Translations under genes and position numbers: made by a program
Shown here: positions 37,967 through 49,226 of the stretch, in pieces
Layout of the letters: each line of letters begins with the position of its first letter
Position numbering within the stretch: position 1 is the first letter of the stretch
Source of the DNA: Macrostomum lignano
Taxonomy: Eukaryota
DNA length: 64,000 bases
Direction of reading: 5' to 3'
Assembly: GCA_002269645.1 (NCBI GenBank)
Contig: NIVC01000785.1
Location: 186,001 to 250,000 of the forward strand
Notes under the pieces: generated by a model
Told to the model about the DNA's origin: nothing
Databases searched by the model: none
What the model saw: only the letters and a program-made list of their open reading frames with translations

Positions 37967-38446
37967 CTGCAGGTCTCCAGCCGTGGTGGTGGTCACGGGA
38001 GCTGCAGCAGAAGCAGCAGTGACAGTGCCAGAATTAATCTGAGCCCTATCGCTGCCAAAAGTGCCGAAATTGGCCATTACAATGGCTTTAAAACTGGGAT
38101 GATTGGCCGTGAAGGGCACTGATGTGGGCAGGTCAGTGTCCCAGTGGGCCCGGAGCAGAGTGGCAGACCAGTCGTGCAGCACTTTAGCAGCGTAGGCCAG
38201 CACAACGGGCCCGGCCCGGTCAGTATACGCCTGTACAAAGCTGGCAGCCTCGGCCATCTGCTCGGCGCCTTTGGCAGTGTGCTCCATTAGCTCCATAGCG
38301 CGCATCTCAAGCTCGGAATGGACTCGACGATTCTCTTCAAGAAATCGTTTGCCAGCTTCGTCTAAGAAGGCCCGATAGCTGGCCAGGGCCTCCTTGATGG
38401 CGCCTTCGTTGTGCTGGCGGCTGTCGGCGATTTCGGACAAGCGCTC
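37967..38446 (-). CDS. mei-P26: mei-P26-like exon 5 (coiled coil)
   Basis: Acceptor CCTTCTCAG; ERLSEIADSRQHNEGAIKEAL...GDLQ; donor GTGAGA; 160 codons. Confidence 0.88.
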
Positions 38447-38659
38447 CTGAGAAGGGGGTAGAGAGATTGCCGCTAAACTGTGTTAATATGAAATGCTATC
38501 TGTACTACTCAGTGCATTTAGTAAAAGCTTCTGCGCATAACTTTTAAAAGTGTAAATTCATACGATATGAAGAATAGCAATATCCATTAATTATATTTGG
38601 ACTTAAGCGTGTATGGTGTTTATCTGTCTTTACTAGAGGCAGGTATAAAAATACAGTAC

Positions 38660-38955
38660 TAGTGATAGACCGAATGTGGATTTATGCAAGCTTCCGAAAC
38701 CGAATCCGAATGTACAAAAAATTCCGAATTCGAATGTGTTTCCGAATGTAAGCAAAGTAAAGGGTGAACGGCGGGAGTAACTATGACACTTTTAAGTAAC
38801 GAAAATGCCTTGTCGTCTAACTAATGATCTAAGTAAGCAACTAGACTACTCTTTAAGTGAAATTCAAGTGAAATTGCAAGGATTGAAACTTAATAGAGAC
38901 TAAATAAGTTTGAATAAGCGAGACATTTTTTTCGGATTCGGCGGATTCATCAATA
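38660..38955. mobile_element. hAT-type MITE carrying a 28S rRNA fragment (intron 4)
   Basis: Imperfect TIR TA(G/T)TGAT; CCGAAT subterminal repeats at both ends; TSD TACAGTAC / TACAGTAG (7/8). Confidence 0.8.
38762..38827 (+). other. 28S rRNA fragment (helix 69 through the R2/I-PpoI target), ~80% identity
   Basis: GGGTGAACGGCGGGAGTAACTATGACACTTTTAAGTAACGAAAATGCCTTGTCGTCTAACTAATGA vs conserved GGGTAAACGGCGGGAGTAACTATGACTCTCTTAAGGTAGCCAAATGCCTCGTCATCTAATTAGTGA; first 26 nt match 25/26. Confidence 0.88.
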
Positions 38956-39044
38956 TACAGTAGATATGAAACAGCTTTTGAAAACGCACTGTACTTACAT
39001 CAATGAATATAAAATGTGTACTAAAACAAACATGGATGACCAAC

Positions 39045-39248
39045 CTGCAGTTTATCCTGCTCTCGCTCCCAACGCCGCCGACTATCGCGCAGAGATCGAG
39101 CGTCTTGGCTAAGCAGAGTCTGCAGTTCGGCACCGGCAGTGGTAGCCTGATCAATATTGTGCAGCTTGTGCCCGGTGGCCACACATTCCGGGCAGTGAAG
39201 ACTGCCACAATCACGGCAGTAGTATTTCAGCTGATCGGCTGGGTGCTC
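39045..39248 (-). CDS. mei-P26: mei-P26-like exon 4 (B-box 2, start of coiled coil)
   Basis: Not in the ORF track; my translation EHPADQLKYYCRDCGSLHCPECVATGHKLH...DKLQ completes C-x2-H with exon 3; AG/GT boundaries; 68 codons. Confidence 0.9.
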
Positions 39249-39332
39249 CTGGTTGGGATGGGTGGGGACAGGTTTAATGGTTTGAAATCGATCGCATAGA
39301 AGCTAGATAATGCCAACCATTCATACATGTAC

Positions 39333-39557
39333 CTGGCAATAAATAGGCTTATGCAGCAGTCCGCTATCAGCCTCGGGGTCGCTACCCGGCTGCTCAAGAT
39401 CTTTCACGTGGTGACGGCTGAACATTTTCATAACGGAATGCGCCTGTCGGCAGGTGCTGCACAGATAATCGGCGCATTCACGACACTTGGCCACGGCCTC
39501 CGCTCCGGTGGTGCAGCCGCCGCATTTCACCTCGGCTAGATGGGAGCCTTGCAGTTC
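39333..39557 (-). CDS. mei-P26: mei-P26-like exon 3 (B-box 1)
   Basis: CGGC...C-x2-C...C-x2-C-x3-H...H pattern; acceptor CCGCGCAG; donor GTACAT; 75 codons. Confidence 0.9.
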
Positions 39558-39659
39558 CTGCGCGGATGAAAAGGATGGGGGAATACTATAATTAGGCCAG
39601 GGTACAATAATGTAACACCAGTACTGAGTAATACCGAGGTTTGAGCTTGTAAAGTTGAT

Positions 39660-39735
39660 CGCCACACACACACCCTCAGTTACCCCAGCTAATGCTGGCA
39701 CCCATTTTACAGCTGGTCCTGCTCAAGGACGCATA
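39660..39735 (-). mobile_element. SINE family B fragment (intron 2)
   Basis: CCCAGCTAATGCTGGCACCCATTT...GCTCAAGGAC matches 570-630. Confidence 0.65.
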
Positions 39736-39936
39736 TCACGGTACAAGTCGCTAAAAAGTCGTCAAAGAGTTGCCTAAGAATCAATTTGAAGCGTTTTATC
39801 GTCTAAGACTTTGAAATGATTCTGGGGCGACGGTATAACGACTTTCGGGTCGTATAGTCACTGAGTTGCGTTCGAAGCGCATTTGCATTGCTTGATGAAT
39901 TAGAGTCACATCACGTGACGCGCTTTTGACGCTTTT

Positions 39937-40303
39937 GCCGTAGCCCAGCGGTCTAGCGCAGCTGCTCTGGTGTGCCAGCGACCCAGGCTCGATTCCAAGT
40001 GCAGTCACATTAATTTGGGGCTCAATTGGAATCTCGGCTTGGCTCTGCTCGTGCAATTAACGGCCTTGAGAGCCAACCCCCCAAGGCGCAGTGAAGTGTA
40101 CATGCCTAACGATAAAATAAAGTTAGGGCCGCTGTACACTCCTGTGTGAGTGTGTGCCTGCGTACGTATCCGCGCGCTTGTGTGCCTGCTCAGGGGAGTC
40201 GGCGGAATGGGCAGTAATGCCTCTCGCCGGTTGTGTGCCTATGTCGCTTAAAGTGCGCCAGGGTGCACACAACCCCCTGCCTCTAATAAGAAAAAAAATT
40301 AAA
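39937..40303 (+). mobile_element. tRNA-derived SINE (family A), copy 2 (intron 2)
   Basis: A/B box head, body and A-rich tail colinear with the reverse complement of 24052-24420. Confidence 0.85.
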
Positions 40304-40326
40304 TCGCAACAAACTTAACAACTCAC

Positions 40327-40683
40327 CTGCAAGTACAGGTGATCTCTAGTCAGGCCAGCCAGTCCAGCCTCCGGATTAAGCACGGTAGGAGTCTGGCAGC
40401 GCGGACAGAACAGCAGGAAACCGCCAGCCGCGGCAGCCTGAGCGGCCTCCAGACAGGGCAAATCGAACCGGTGCAGACAGGCCAGAATCACCGGCTCGGT
40501 CAGCTGACGCTGGCACAGGGAGCATTCCGAGTTCGCGCCGCCGATTATCGCGTCTGCGCCGTTACCGCCGCCGCCGCTACCGCCGGCGCTGCTGCCGGCC
40601 CGGCCGCCGTCGCCGCTGCCGTTCAAGCCGGAGCCATTGATGTCGTCGTCGGCGTCGCTGCCGAAAGTTTCGCGCAGAAGGTT
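40327..40683 (-). CDS. mei-P26: mei-P26-like exon 2 (RING finger)
   Basis: Acceptor ATTTTCCAG (phase 0); CSLC...CLHRFDLPC...CPRC; donor GTGAGT; 119 codons. Confidence 0.87.
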
Positions 40684-40946
40684 CTGGAAAATCAGTGGCA
40701 ATGGGCCGGTAGGCTCTATCAATAAATTATTATTCATATTCTTACCGACTCTTCTCAGTGATCGGATGAGATAAAAATAATCCGGATCAGGATCCCATGT
40801 TATGAATTTTGGATTAATGGTGTCATTTCGGATACTGTCCAATCTGTAACTAGAATTAGAGGATCGGACAAAGGAAGCAAAACGTTCGGGAGTTGGTACC
40901 GTCCCATTTTCACTGGAATTATTCTAGGCCCTTAGGACTAGGAGGC

Positions 40947-40980
40947 TAAGACAGACAGACAGACAATCAAAAAGGCAGGC

Positions 40981-41011
<31 letters not shown>

Positions 41012-41208
41012 AACTCAGAGAGGCAGAAAGACAGACAGACAGACAGAAACTCAGAGAGGCAGACAGGCAGACATACCGACAGACACTCGGAGAGGCAGAC
41101 GGACAACTCATGCAGTAAGACCGACAGGTAGATAATCAGAAAGGCAAACAGACAGACAGACAGGTAATCAGAAAGGCAGACAGACAGCCACTCAGAGGCA
41201 GACAGACA
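40947..41208. repeat. Degenerate (GACA)n in intron 1
   Basis: Directly visible. Confidence 0.85.
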
Positions 41209-41303
41209 CACTAAGACATACTAGCCAAAACGTGACTGCTGATTGGCGAGATGCACATTGGGGATCATACAATACATGGGCAAAGAAAGCAAGCTAAACT
41301 AAC

Positions 41304-41519
41304 CTGGTCGTCTTCTTCCTCCTCGCCGCCATTGCCGCCGAGAAGGCACTCGCCAGCATTCTCTAAAGCATCTCCGGCGGAGCGCAGGTCGTCCCCTGGG
41401 ATGCCTAAACCGCTGCCAGAGTCGTTGCCAGAGGCTGAGCCATTATTCATCATCATTAGCAGGGAGACCTCGCGATCTTCAAGTAGGTCTTCCACAGCAT
41501 GCGCCATATCGTCGGACAT
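41304..41519 (-). CDS. mei-P26: mei-P26-like first coding exon (acidic N-terminus)
   Basis: AAAATG start; MSDDMAHAVEDLLEDREV...EEEEDDQ; donor GTTAGT; phase 0 joins exon 2 in frame. Confidence 0.75.
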
Positions 41520-42984
41520 TTTTAAACTACTTGCACTGATTCCCTGACAAGTGCTGTATATAAACAGTTATAACTGTCCAAATCTTCCTCTTAAATTTAA
41601 TATACTTTCCGTTGGCACTTTAGAAATTAAAAAACGTAGAAGTGAAGCTACTAAACTGAGCGATTTTATAATTAGCACTGCACTGGCGTCCTTAGAGATC
41701 TAGATGCTGCCAAAATTGAGATGAAAATTGGCAGGCATGAATCAACAAATAGGATTTATGCAACTTCAATAGTCTGATACTTTTACAATGCACCACAAAA
41801 TTACTGCCATGCAGCTACACTGCAAAAGTAGTATATGATTTTGAAATGCTATGAAAAACATTAAGTATAATCTATGTTGCTTAACACAATGAAGTCTACT
41901 TAGAGCTCTGACTTAAAATATAAAAATTATATATAAAATTTACTGATTGAATACAATAACTATATAGTGTAAATATAATAGCTAATATAAAGACATGTTA
42001 AAATTGTGCAAAACCAAACTAACCATGCTAGCAACAATAAAAAATTGTTGTATTTGTATTAAAGCCCTTAAAGGCACAGGTAAACAGTCAGGAAATTGAG
42101 TTGAATGACTGCTTGAGTTATGAGTCAAATATATCTGCCTTGTAATGAATGACTTACTATTGATTAAGTCTATATACCTGACTGATAGCAGACTTCAGGC
42201 CAAAGACATCTTTCAAACTGTTACTTAGCTGACTATTATTTTGTTTATTACAATATATGACAAATATGATATTACCCATTGGTTTTGAGTTTAGAAAAAC
42301 ATAGTGATAAGATAATCAGATAATGAACTTATTTTTTAATATAAACAATTGACAACTTATGCTAGAAGCATGAGCATATCTAAAATAATCCCCACATATC
42401 TTCATGAACAATAATTTTTCATTTATACTAGCAATCTAGTGCCTCCCTTTGAGGCATGCAATAAGCAAGGAGCAAAAATTATTGATGCAAATCAATTATA
42501 AAGCACATTTCCTTAGGAACAATTTTTTCTTCAGTTTTATAAATCACCTTATTCAATTAAAATTGTCACACACAAAGATGTTTGCTAAGAATCTCTTTTT
42601 TGTAAAAAAAATAACAAAAATACAGTAAAAAAAGCCTTTATAAAGATAACATGCATTTGTCTCTTTGACACCTGCTCAGAGCTAGTGAATGCTAAGCTTG
42701 GGTAGGCCTGAGTTCTAAGCACAAACAGCAACAAAACAGCAATAAAACAGCAAGAAAAATGAATTTTTAAAGGCCTTTTTTCTGCTATTTATTAAGACTT
42801 TAAACTCAAATTAAGCACTTGGAATTGTGCTATCTGGAAAAAAGCAATAAGAAATTTAATGATTAAATAATCACAAAAGCTATATAGACCATAGTATACT
42901 TTAAGTGAAATTGTCACACAACTGGCAAGAGGCATTACTTACTATCCATTCCACAAACTCCACTTGAGCAGAAGGATAGAAATG

Positions 42985-44020
42985 AGCTTGCTGAGAAGGA
43001 TAGAAAGGATAGAGGAGAGGGGATAAGAGGGGAAGAGAGGAGTGAGAAGAGATGAGATAGAGATAAGAGAGTGGTGAAAGAAGAGGGGAGAAAGGAGATA
43101 TGAGAGTAGAGGGAAGAGGAGAGAGGAAAGAGATGAGGTTGTAGAGATGAGAGTAGAGATGAGAGATAAAAGAGGAGAGAGGAGAGTGCAAAAAAGACAA
43201 GAGAAGAGAAGAAGGTAGAGAGTATAGAAGAGGGAAGAGAAGAGAAGAGCAAGGAAAGAGAGGAGTCAGAAGAGGGGAAAGAGAAGAGTACAGAGGAGAT
43301 AAGTGAAAGAACATATAAGAGAGTAAATATGACAAATGAGAGAGCTGCGAGAGCAGAGATAAGAATGAACAGATGAGAGACAGGAGAGTAGAGAGAACAG
43401 AGGAGAGATAAGAGATTATAGAGACTAGAGGAAAGAGGAGAGACAGGGAGAGAAATGAGTGAGGAGAGAAAAGAGGAAAGAGGAGAATAGAGGGGAGAAA
43501 GTAGAGAAGAGAAGAGAGATGGGAGGAGAGAAAAAAGAGAGAGAGAAAGAAAGAGCAGAGCAGAGAGAAATGAGAAGAGATAAGAGAGAAAAGATAAAAG
43601 AAAAGAAAGGAGATGAGATAGCAGACAAGAGAGAAGAGAGGTAAGGGAAGAGACGAGAGATGAGGGGAGAGAGGAGATATTAAACAAGAAAAGAGATGAC
43701 AGGAAAGAGGAGAGATAAACCAAGAAAAGAGATGAGGAAAGAGAGAGAGGAGAGTGGAGAGGAGAAGAAAGAGATGAGAGAAAAGGGGGAGAGGAGAGAG
43801 AAAAGAAGAGAGATATAAGATAAGAACAAGAAGATAAGAAGATAAGATAAGATAAGAAGATAAGAAGACAAGATAAGAAAGATAAGATGGATGAGGGAAG
43901 ATATGAGAGAAGAGGGGAGAGAGGAGAGAGGAGAGAAGAAAAGAGATAAGAGGAGAAAGAGAAGAAAAAAGAGACAAGGGAGAGAGATGAGAGGAAACAG
44001 AAGAGAAGATACAAATTGCA
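42985..44020. repeat. Aperiodic purine-rich (A/G) low-complexity tract
   Basis: About 1 kb almost free of pyrimidines on the plus strand; explains the Leu/Ser/Phe-rich minus ORFs. Confidence 0.92.
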
Positions 44021-45646
44021 ATGGATCCAAGGGACGTAGGGAGAGTCAGAGGCAGAGGCCAGAGTTTGCCAATACATGTTTTAGAGTCAGATAGACATTG
44101 CTTGACATTCTGCATAGCATCTCAGCCAACAATATCAAATGTTTGCCTGAAATCCTAATTTTACAAAAACGTACTCCATTTTATGTGTACTCTATCTTAC
44201 AAACTTTTAACAAGTTTGTTTGAGTATGGCCTTAGATTTCAAAGCCTATGCACAAATATTTTAGGGAATTGGAATTCACTGGGTTCAAAATCCACGGGTT
44301 TCAAAAGCTTATATACTATAAATTTCAGTGTTTTGCACAAGCAAAGCCAAGCCAAAGTTTCAATTTAGCCTACAAATTAATGTGACTAAACTTGGAATCA
44401 AGCCTGGGCTATTGGCATATCAGAGTGCCATACTATACCTCTAGACTAAGCCTTTTAAATTAAAGTCAAATGTTCAAAATGCCATATATCCTCAATTCAA
44501 AATGTGCTTACAAATTGTTAGGCCTTTCTTATCTAACTTAAGTATTATATAGGGGATAATTATATATTTTAAATATTCTGATAAAAACTTAACTATAAAA
44601 AAGAAAACTTATTATAATATAAATTATTTTTATATAACTTGCTATATCTTATTATAAAAAGTAATCATATCATTAATATAACTTTTATATTCCTTTTTTA
44701 AATTGGAAGTGCTTATCCCCACAGGCCACAGTCCCATACTGATAATTCCAATTTTATATATATGGATATATGTTGATAATTTCTAGCTTATCCCCATAGC
44801 AGCTTATTAAAATGGCTGCCACCATTCAAGTCTAGGCTATGTCAATAATTCAAATTTTATTCACACAGATCCATGTTGATAATTTTTAGCTTATCCCCAC
44901 AGCAGATTGGAATAAAGAATCTTAAAATGAATCTGTTAAAAAAGCATCTATTTGTTTTCACTGTTTTACAAATCTTCCAATTTAAATAAACTAGGGCCTA
45001 TTGAATTGAATACTGAATAGTATTGAGTACTTTGTTAAAACTTTTTTATCATTAAAAGGATTAATTTTAAATATTTGCTTAGCTGTTGGCTTTGCTTAGA
45101 ATGACTAAACAACCCTAAAATTGAGGCAAATGAGATGAGACTTGCAAAATTCAAAATGTAATAATAATAATGATTAATAATACTGATAATGACAATATCA
45201 ATTTAACATCAGTACACAAAACTAAACACAAACAACTGCAGAATCTTAGCTGTGGGGATTAGCTAAAAATTATCAACATGGATCTGTGTAGGCCTAGATA
45301 AAATTGGAATTATTAACATGGCCTATAGACTTAAATAGTGCAATGGAAGCTATTATAATAAGTGGTTCCAGCCAAAGTTGTCATATTTGAGATTGTCATC
45401 TGCAGCTTACGGGAAAAACAACTAGATTATCTAAATTGTCATCATCTCAGTATTAGACAATGCTGCATTCACTAAATTGTCATATTGTGTTGCATTGGCT
45501 ACACAAGGATCTTAGCTCATGGTGGCAGCATATTTTTGTTTGGCAACAAATTAAAATGATTTACAGTGTATAACTTAATGCTTATTCAAACTACAATACT
45601 TGTATTCTAGAAACTTCCGCAAAACACGCACTTTCTATAGGCCTGT

Positions 45647-47825
45647 GATGTCATTGCACTACAGGAGATGTCTATCAGAGCCGACCTCAGACTTTACTGT
45701 GAGGACCTGGGCGCCGGTTGGACACTCTGGTACACTCAGCGGATGAGCCGTGGAGGAGTTGGAGCGCTGATCGGACCAAGGCTGCAACAGAGCTGTCGCT
45801 GCGTCTCCTTGTCTTCTTGGCTGCTTTGGGTTGATATCCAACTTTGCGGCCGGAATGCCCACCTGTTCTGTGCATATGCGCCACCTGCTACCTGCTCCAA
45901 TGAGGCTCAGGCCTTCTTTGAGCAACTCTTGGTGTGGGTGGAGGGGATGGCACAACGTGACACAGTGGTCATTTTTGGAGACCTGAATGCAGTTCTGCGT
46001 AGGTCCGAGCAATTGCTGTTTGTGACAGCGCGCAAGAACGGCAACACCGGAGCGCTAGAGGACTTCTTGGAGAGACAGGACATGGTGTCGGCCAACACCA
46101 GATTCTGCAAGGGAAGATCTGGAGAGGCTCCATCTGAGTGGGCGGCAAAATTGCGAGGCGGAGGAGACTCTGGTGGCTGTTTACCTGCAGCGGCAGCAGT
46201 TTGCTGTCGTTGACGCCATTCAAGCCATCTCTGACGCAAGGCCCGATGCCAGAGGGCGCGTAGCCTGGTCCATCATCACTCTGACGGGGCAAAAGCGGCG
46301 CATCGCGCTCAACCTAGCAGGCAACACTCTGGATGAACACAAGAATGAGCTGCGCGAGTTCTTCGCTGCCATTGTCAACGCACCACCTCTTCCACTTCCA
46401 GAAAATCTGAGACTGCCGCTGGAGATGCCGTTGCTGGCAGAGGAAAGCTTCAACGTTGCCCCAGTCAACACAGCCGATGTTGTGAAGTTTGCTTAGCAGT
46501 CGCTAGGCGGCAAAGTGCTTGGTCTGGACGAGGTGCCCACCGAGGTGCTACGGATCCATTGCGTGGCTACTGAGGTCGCCAGAGTTATGAAACGCGTGCT
46601 TTCTGGTGAGGTGGCGCCAAACGAATGGACCACGGCGCACATCATTGCCATTCCAAAGAAGCCGGGCACCACCAAGCTTGAGGAGCATCGAGGCATCTGC
46701 CTACAGTCCTGCGCCACAAAGCTGTTCAACCGCATGCTACTATTGCAGTTACAGCCTGTGCTGGACCCGTACCTGCGGCCTGAGCAGAACAGATTCCAGC
46801 CCCATCGCGGCACAGTGACGCAGATCCTGGCTTTTTGGCAAGTCATCGAGGGGGCGCGCATCCACCAGTTGACCCTGATCCTGATTGATTTCAGGAAGGC
46901 CTTTGACTTGGTCATGAGTGACGCACTCCCAGAGGTGCTCCATGCGTATATGCCAGAGCTGCTGATTTCTGCTGTCATGGCGCTGTACCACGGCACAACG
47001 GCTGCTGTCTCAACACCGGACGGCCTATCGGATTTCTTTGAAACATCCTCTGGGGTGCTCCAAGGAGATACGCTAGTGCCGTTCCTATTTATTCTGGTGC
47101 TTGACTAGGTGCTATGGACTGCTCTGCCTTCCAACAACGACGGCTTCCTGCTGTGGCGATGTGTGGGTCAACACCAACTAGAGAGACGGCTCAGCATGCT
47201 TGGCTACGCCGATGACCTCGCCCTGCTGTCCTCGACCGTCGAGGGCGCCCAACGACAGCTGGATAGGCTGGTTGCCGTTGCGGCAAGCGTCGGCCTGGTA
47301 GTCAATATGCAGAAAACCGAAGTGCTATGCATGCCAAACCACATTGAGGCTACAATCTTTTGCCAAGCGCTGACGGACAGGAGAGTGAGCTTCCAAGATG
47401 TCAGCAGTTTGTCTACCTCGGTGGTCTGGTTCCTGACATCTGCAAGGATCTGCTGCGTCGCCGAGGACTTGCCTGGGCTGCCTTTCATTCTATAAGCCTG
47501 CTGCGTGCCGCCTTCAAGATTGGCAACGAGCGAGTCACCAACATGGTGCTCTATCATTGCACTGGCCTGGCCCATCCTAGCAATCTGCTATGCCGTCGGC
47601 GACTCCAGCTGGCAGGCCACGTCATCAGCGCTGAGGCCTACTATCTAGAGCCAGTGCAGGAGGTGCGCTACTTACGTTGCAGACACCCTACCAGTAAGGA
47701 CAGGCGAGGACTCGGCACTACGTCAACTGTCTACTGGCTGATGCCGGCGCCCCGGACTCTGCTGGTGGTGCGGCCTTTGTTCGCATCCAAGCTTTGAAGT
47801 GCACAATTGACGCTGCTTTTGTGAA
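45647..47825 (+). mobile_element. Decayed RTE-like non-LTR retrotransposon (APE endonuclease and RT)
   Basis: EN motifs DVIALQE, GGVG, AYAP, GDLNA; RT motifs IPKK, DFRKAFD, GVLQGDTL, YADD; stops, frameshifts and internal deletions. Confidence 0.93.
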
Positions 47826-48249
47826 CTGGCAGCATATTCTGTTATTGTTTTTAGACCTATTTGGCATTTTGAACTCCCGCGTACCCCTTTCTAAAAACTG
47901 CTTCTAGAACTTTCTGGATTCTAGAATGTTCTATTAACACATATAAATAATATACAGCATCCTAACACGCGATTACTTGACTATTTATTATTTTCCACAT
48001 AGAAAACAATCAAAGAAAAATTAAAGAAAATGAACCACTGCGTTTCATGCCTCATTTAGGCCTTATTTACATAATTCTACAGGTGCATGCAAGGGATTTT
48101 TGCCTGAAGGTAGGAAAATCCTAAATTAATACACCCTTGCCTTTGGTCAAAGTCGTCATATTTAAATGTTTAAGTCTTCCAGATTTGTTCAAGTTGTCAT
48201 CATCATATGACGATTTTGAATAAAACAATTTTGGCTGCATCCTAATAGG

Positions 48250-48380
48250 CCTAAGCAGCAATCTTCAAGTTTCGTTCATTTAATTATTTCCGGAATTATT
48301 TCGCCCTCTATTCAAGGGTGGTGGGGGGGGGGGTGGGTGTTGGAATTAAACGAACGAAACTTGAAGATACCCGCCTAAGC
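48250..48380. mobile_element. Small hairpin MITE
   Basis: About 35-bp inverted repeats (ATCTTCAAGTTTCGTTC core) around a G-run spacer. Confidence 0.65.
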
Positions 48381-48559
48381 TGCCATGGGGATAAGCTAAA
48401 AATTAAATTATCAACATGGATCCGACTCATCCATGTGGATAAAATTGGAATTATTGGTATGGGACTAGGGGAGAAGTACTTCCTTCAAATATTCCTACTT
48501 TTAAATTTTAAATATATCTATTACCTAGATTTTTCTATCATTCTATCAAGCTAGGTTCT

Positions 48560-48942
48560 TCTGCTGGCAATGGCTAGAGTTCTGGCACTGGAACCTATTC
48601 TCTAAGGGCTATGGATCCAGCAGTGGTACTCATTACTCTAGTAGGCCGGACTAGGCCCTAGTGCAAGTATAATTTATGGGTATAATAAATAATAGACCTA
48701 TAGTATAGGCATAGCAGAAACAATGAAACATTTTACTTTTTAATGGGTGGTTGTGTTGATATTTTGTTTAGGATAGGCCTTAGGCTAAGATTAAAATGAA
48801 ACAATGAGATTTAAAACAAGATACTTCGAATCTAATGTTCAAAGATTTTCTTAGTAGATAACTGCCTGCAGAAGACTGCTAGATCTATAGGCCTAGCCAT
48901 TAGAAAATGGGTTCCGGTGCTAGAACTCTACTAGCCATTACC
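48560..48942. mobile_element. MITE-like element with ~60-bp imperfect inverted repeats
   Basis: GGCAATGGCTAGAGTTCTGGCACTGGAACC... vs the reverse complement at 48875-48942; no TSD found. Confidence 0.55.
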
Positions 48943-48986
48943 AAAATAGCACTAATAAATAACTGTTTTAAAATATACTTCTTTGC

Positions 48987-49226
48987 CGGGGTTTTCTTTT
49001 TTGCCAGAGACAAGCAAGGTGCAAAATCGCACCCTATGCTCACTTTCATAGTGCAATTGTAAGGCTCAAAGTGCAATTTCTCTTTTTTCTTACTTCAAGG
49101 CAATGCAAATGAGGTTATAAATAGGTTATAAGATTGCACCTAAACTGCACCTACATTTCAATTTCAGGGTGCAATTTTTAAATTTAAGGTGCATACGCAC
49201 ACTCTATGCACAAAAAATAAACCCTG
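48987..49226. mobile_element. hAT-type MITE
   Basis: TIR C(A/G)GGGTTT..TTTT; perfect 8-bp TSD TTCTTTGC; GGTGCA/TGCACC subterminal repeats. Confidence 0.85.

Larger units (their letters stand above)
44705..48483. mobile_element. Foldback element with long inverted arms, right arm interrupted by nested insertions
   Basis: 44800-44908 is the reverse complement of 45242-45363; 44705-44805 is the reverse complement of 48377-48483. Confidence 0.7.

Noticed and set aside
38762-38827. Functional rRNA gene
   Set aside because: Only about 66 bp, diverged, inside a MITE; listed as a fragment.
39321-39332. Alternative donor after YCQVH (GTATGA)
   Set aside because: The upstream donor gives the correct C-x2-H spacing with exon 4; this one would not.
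40684-40843. Longer exon 2 using the acceptor at 40843
   Set aside because: Out of phase with exon 1; creates a stop within 7 codons.
42901-44115. 404-aa and 380-aa hydrophobic ORFs
   Set aside because: Product of the polypyrimidine strand; not a membrane protein.
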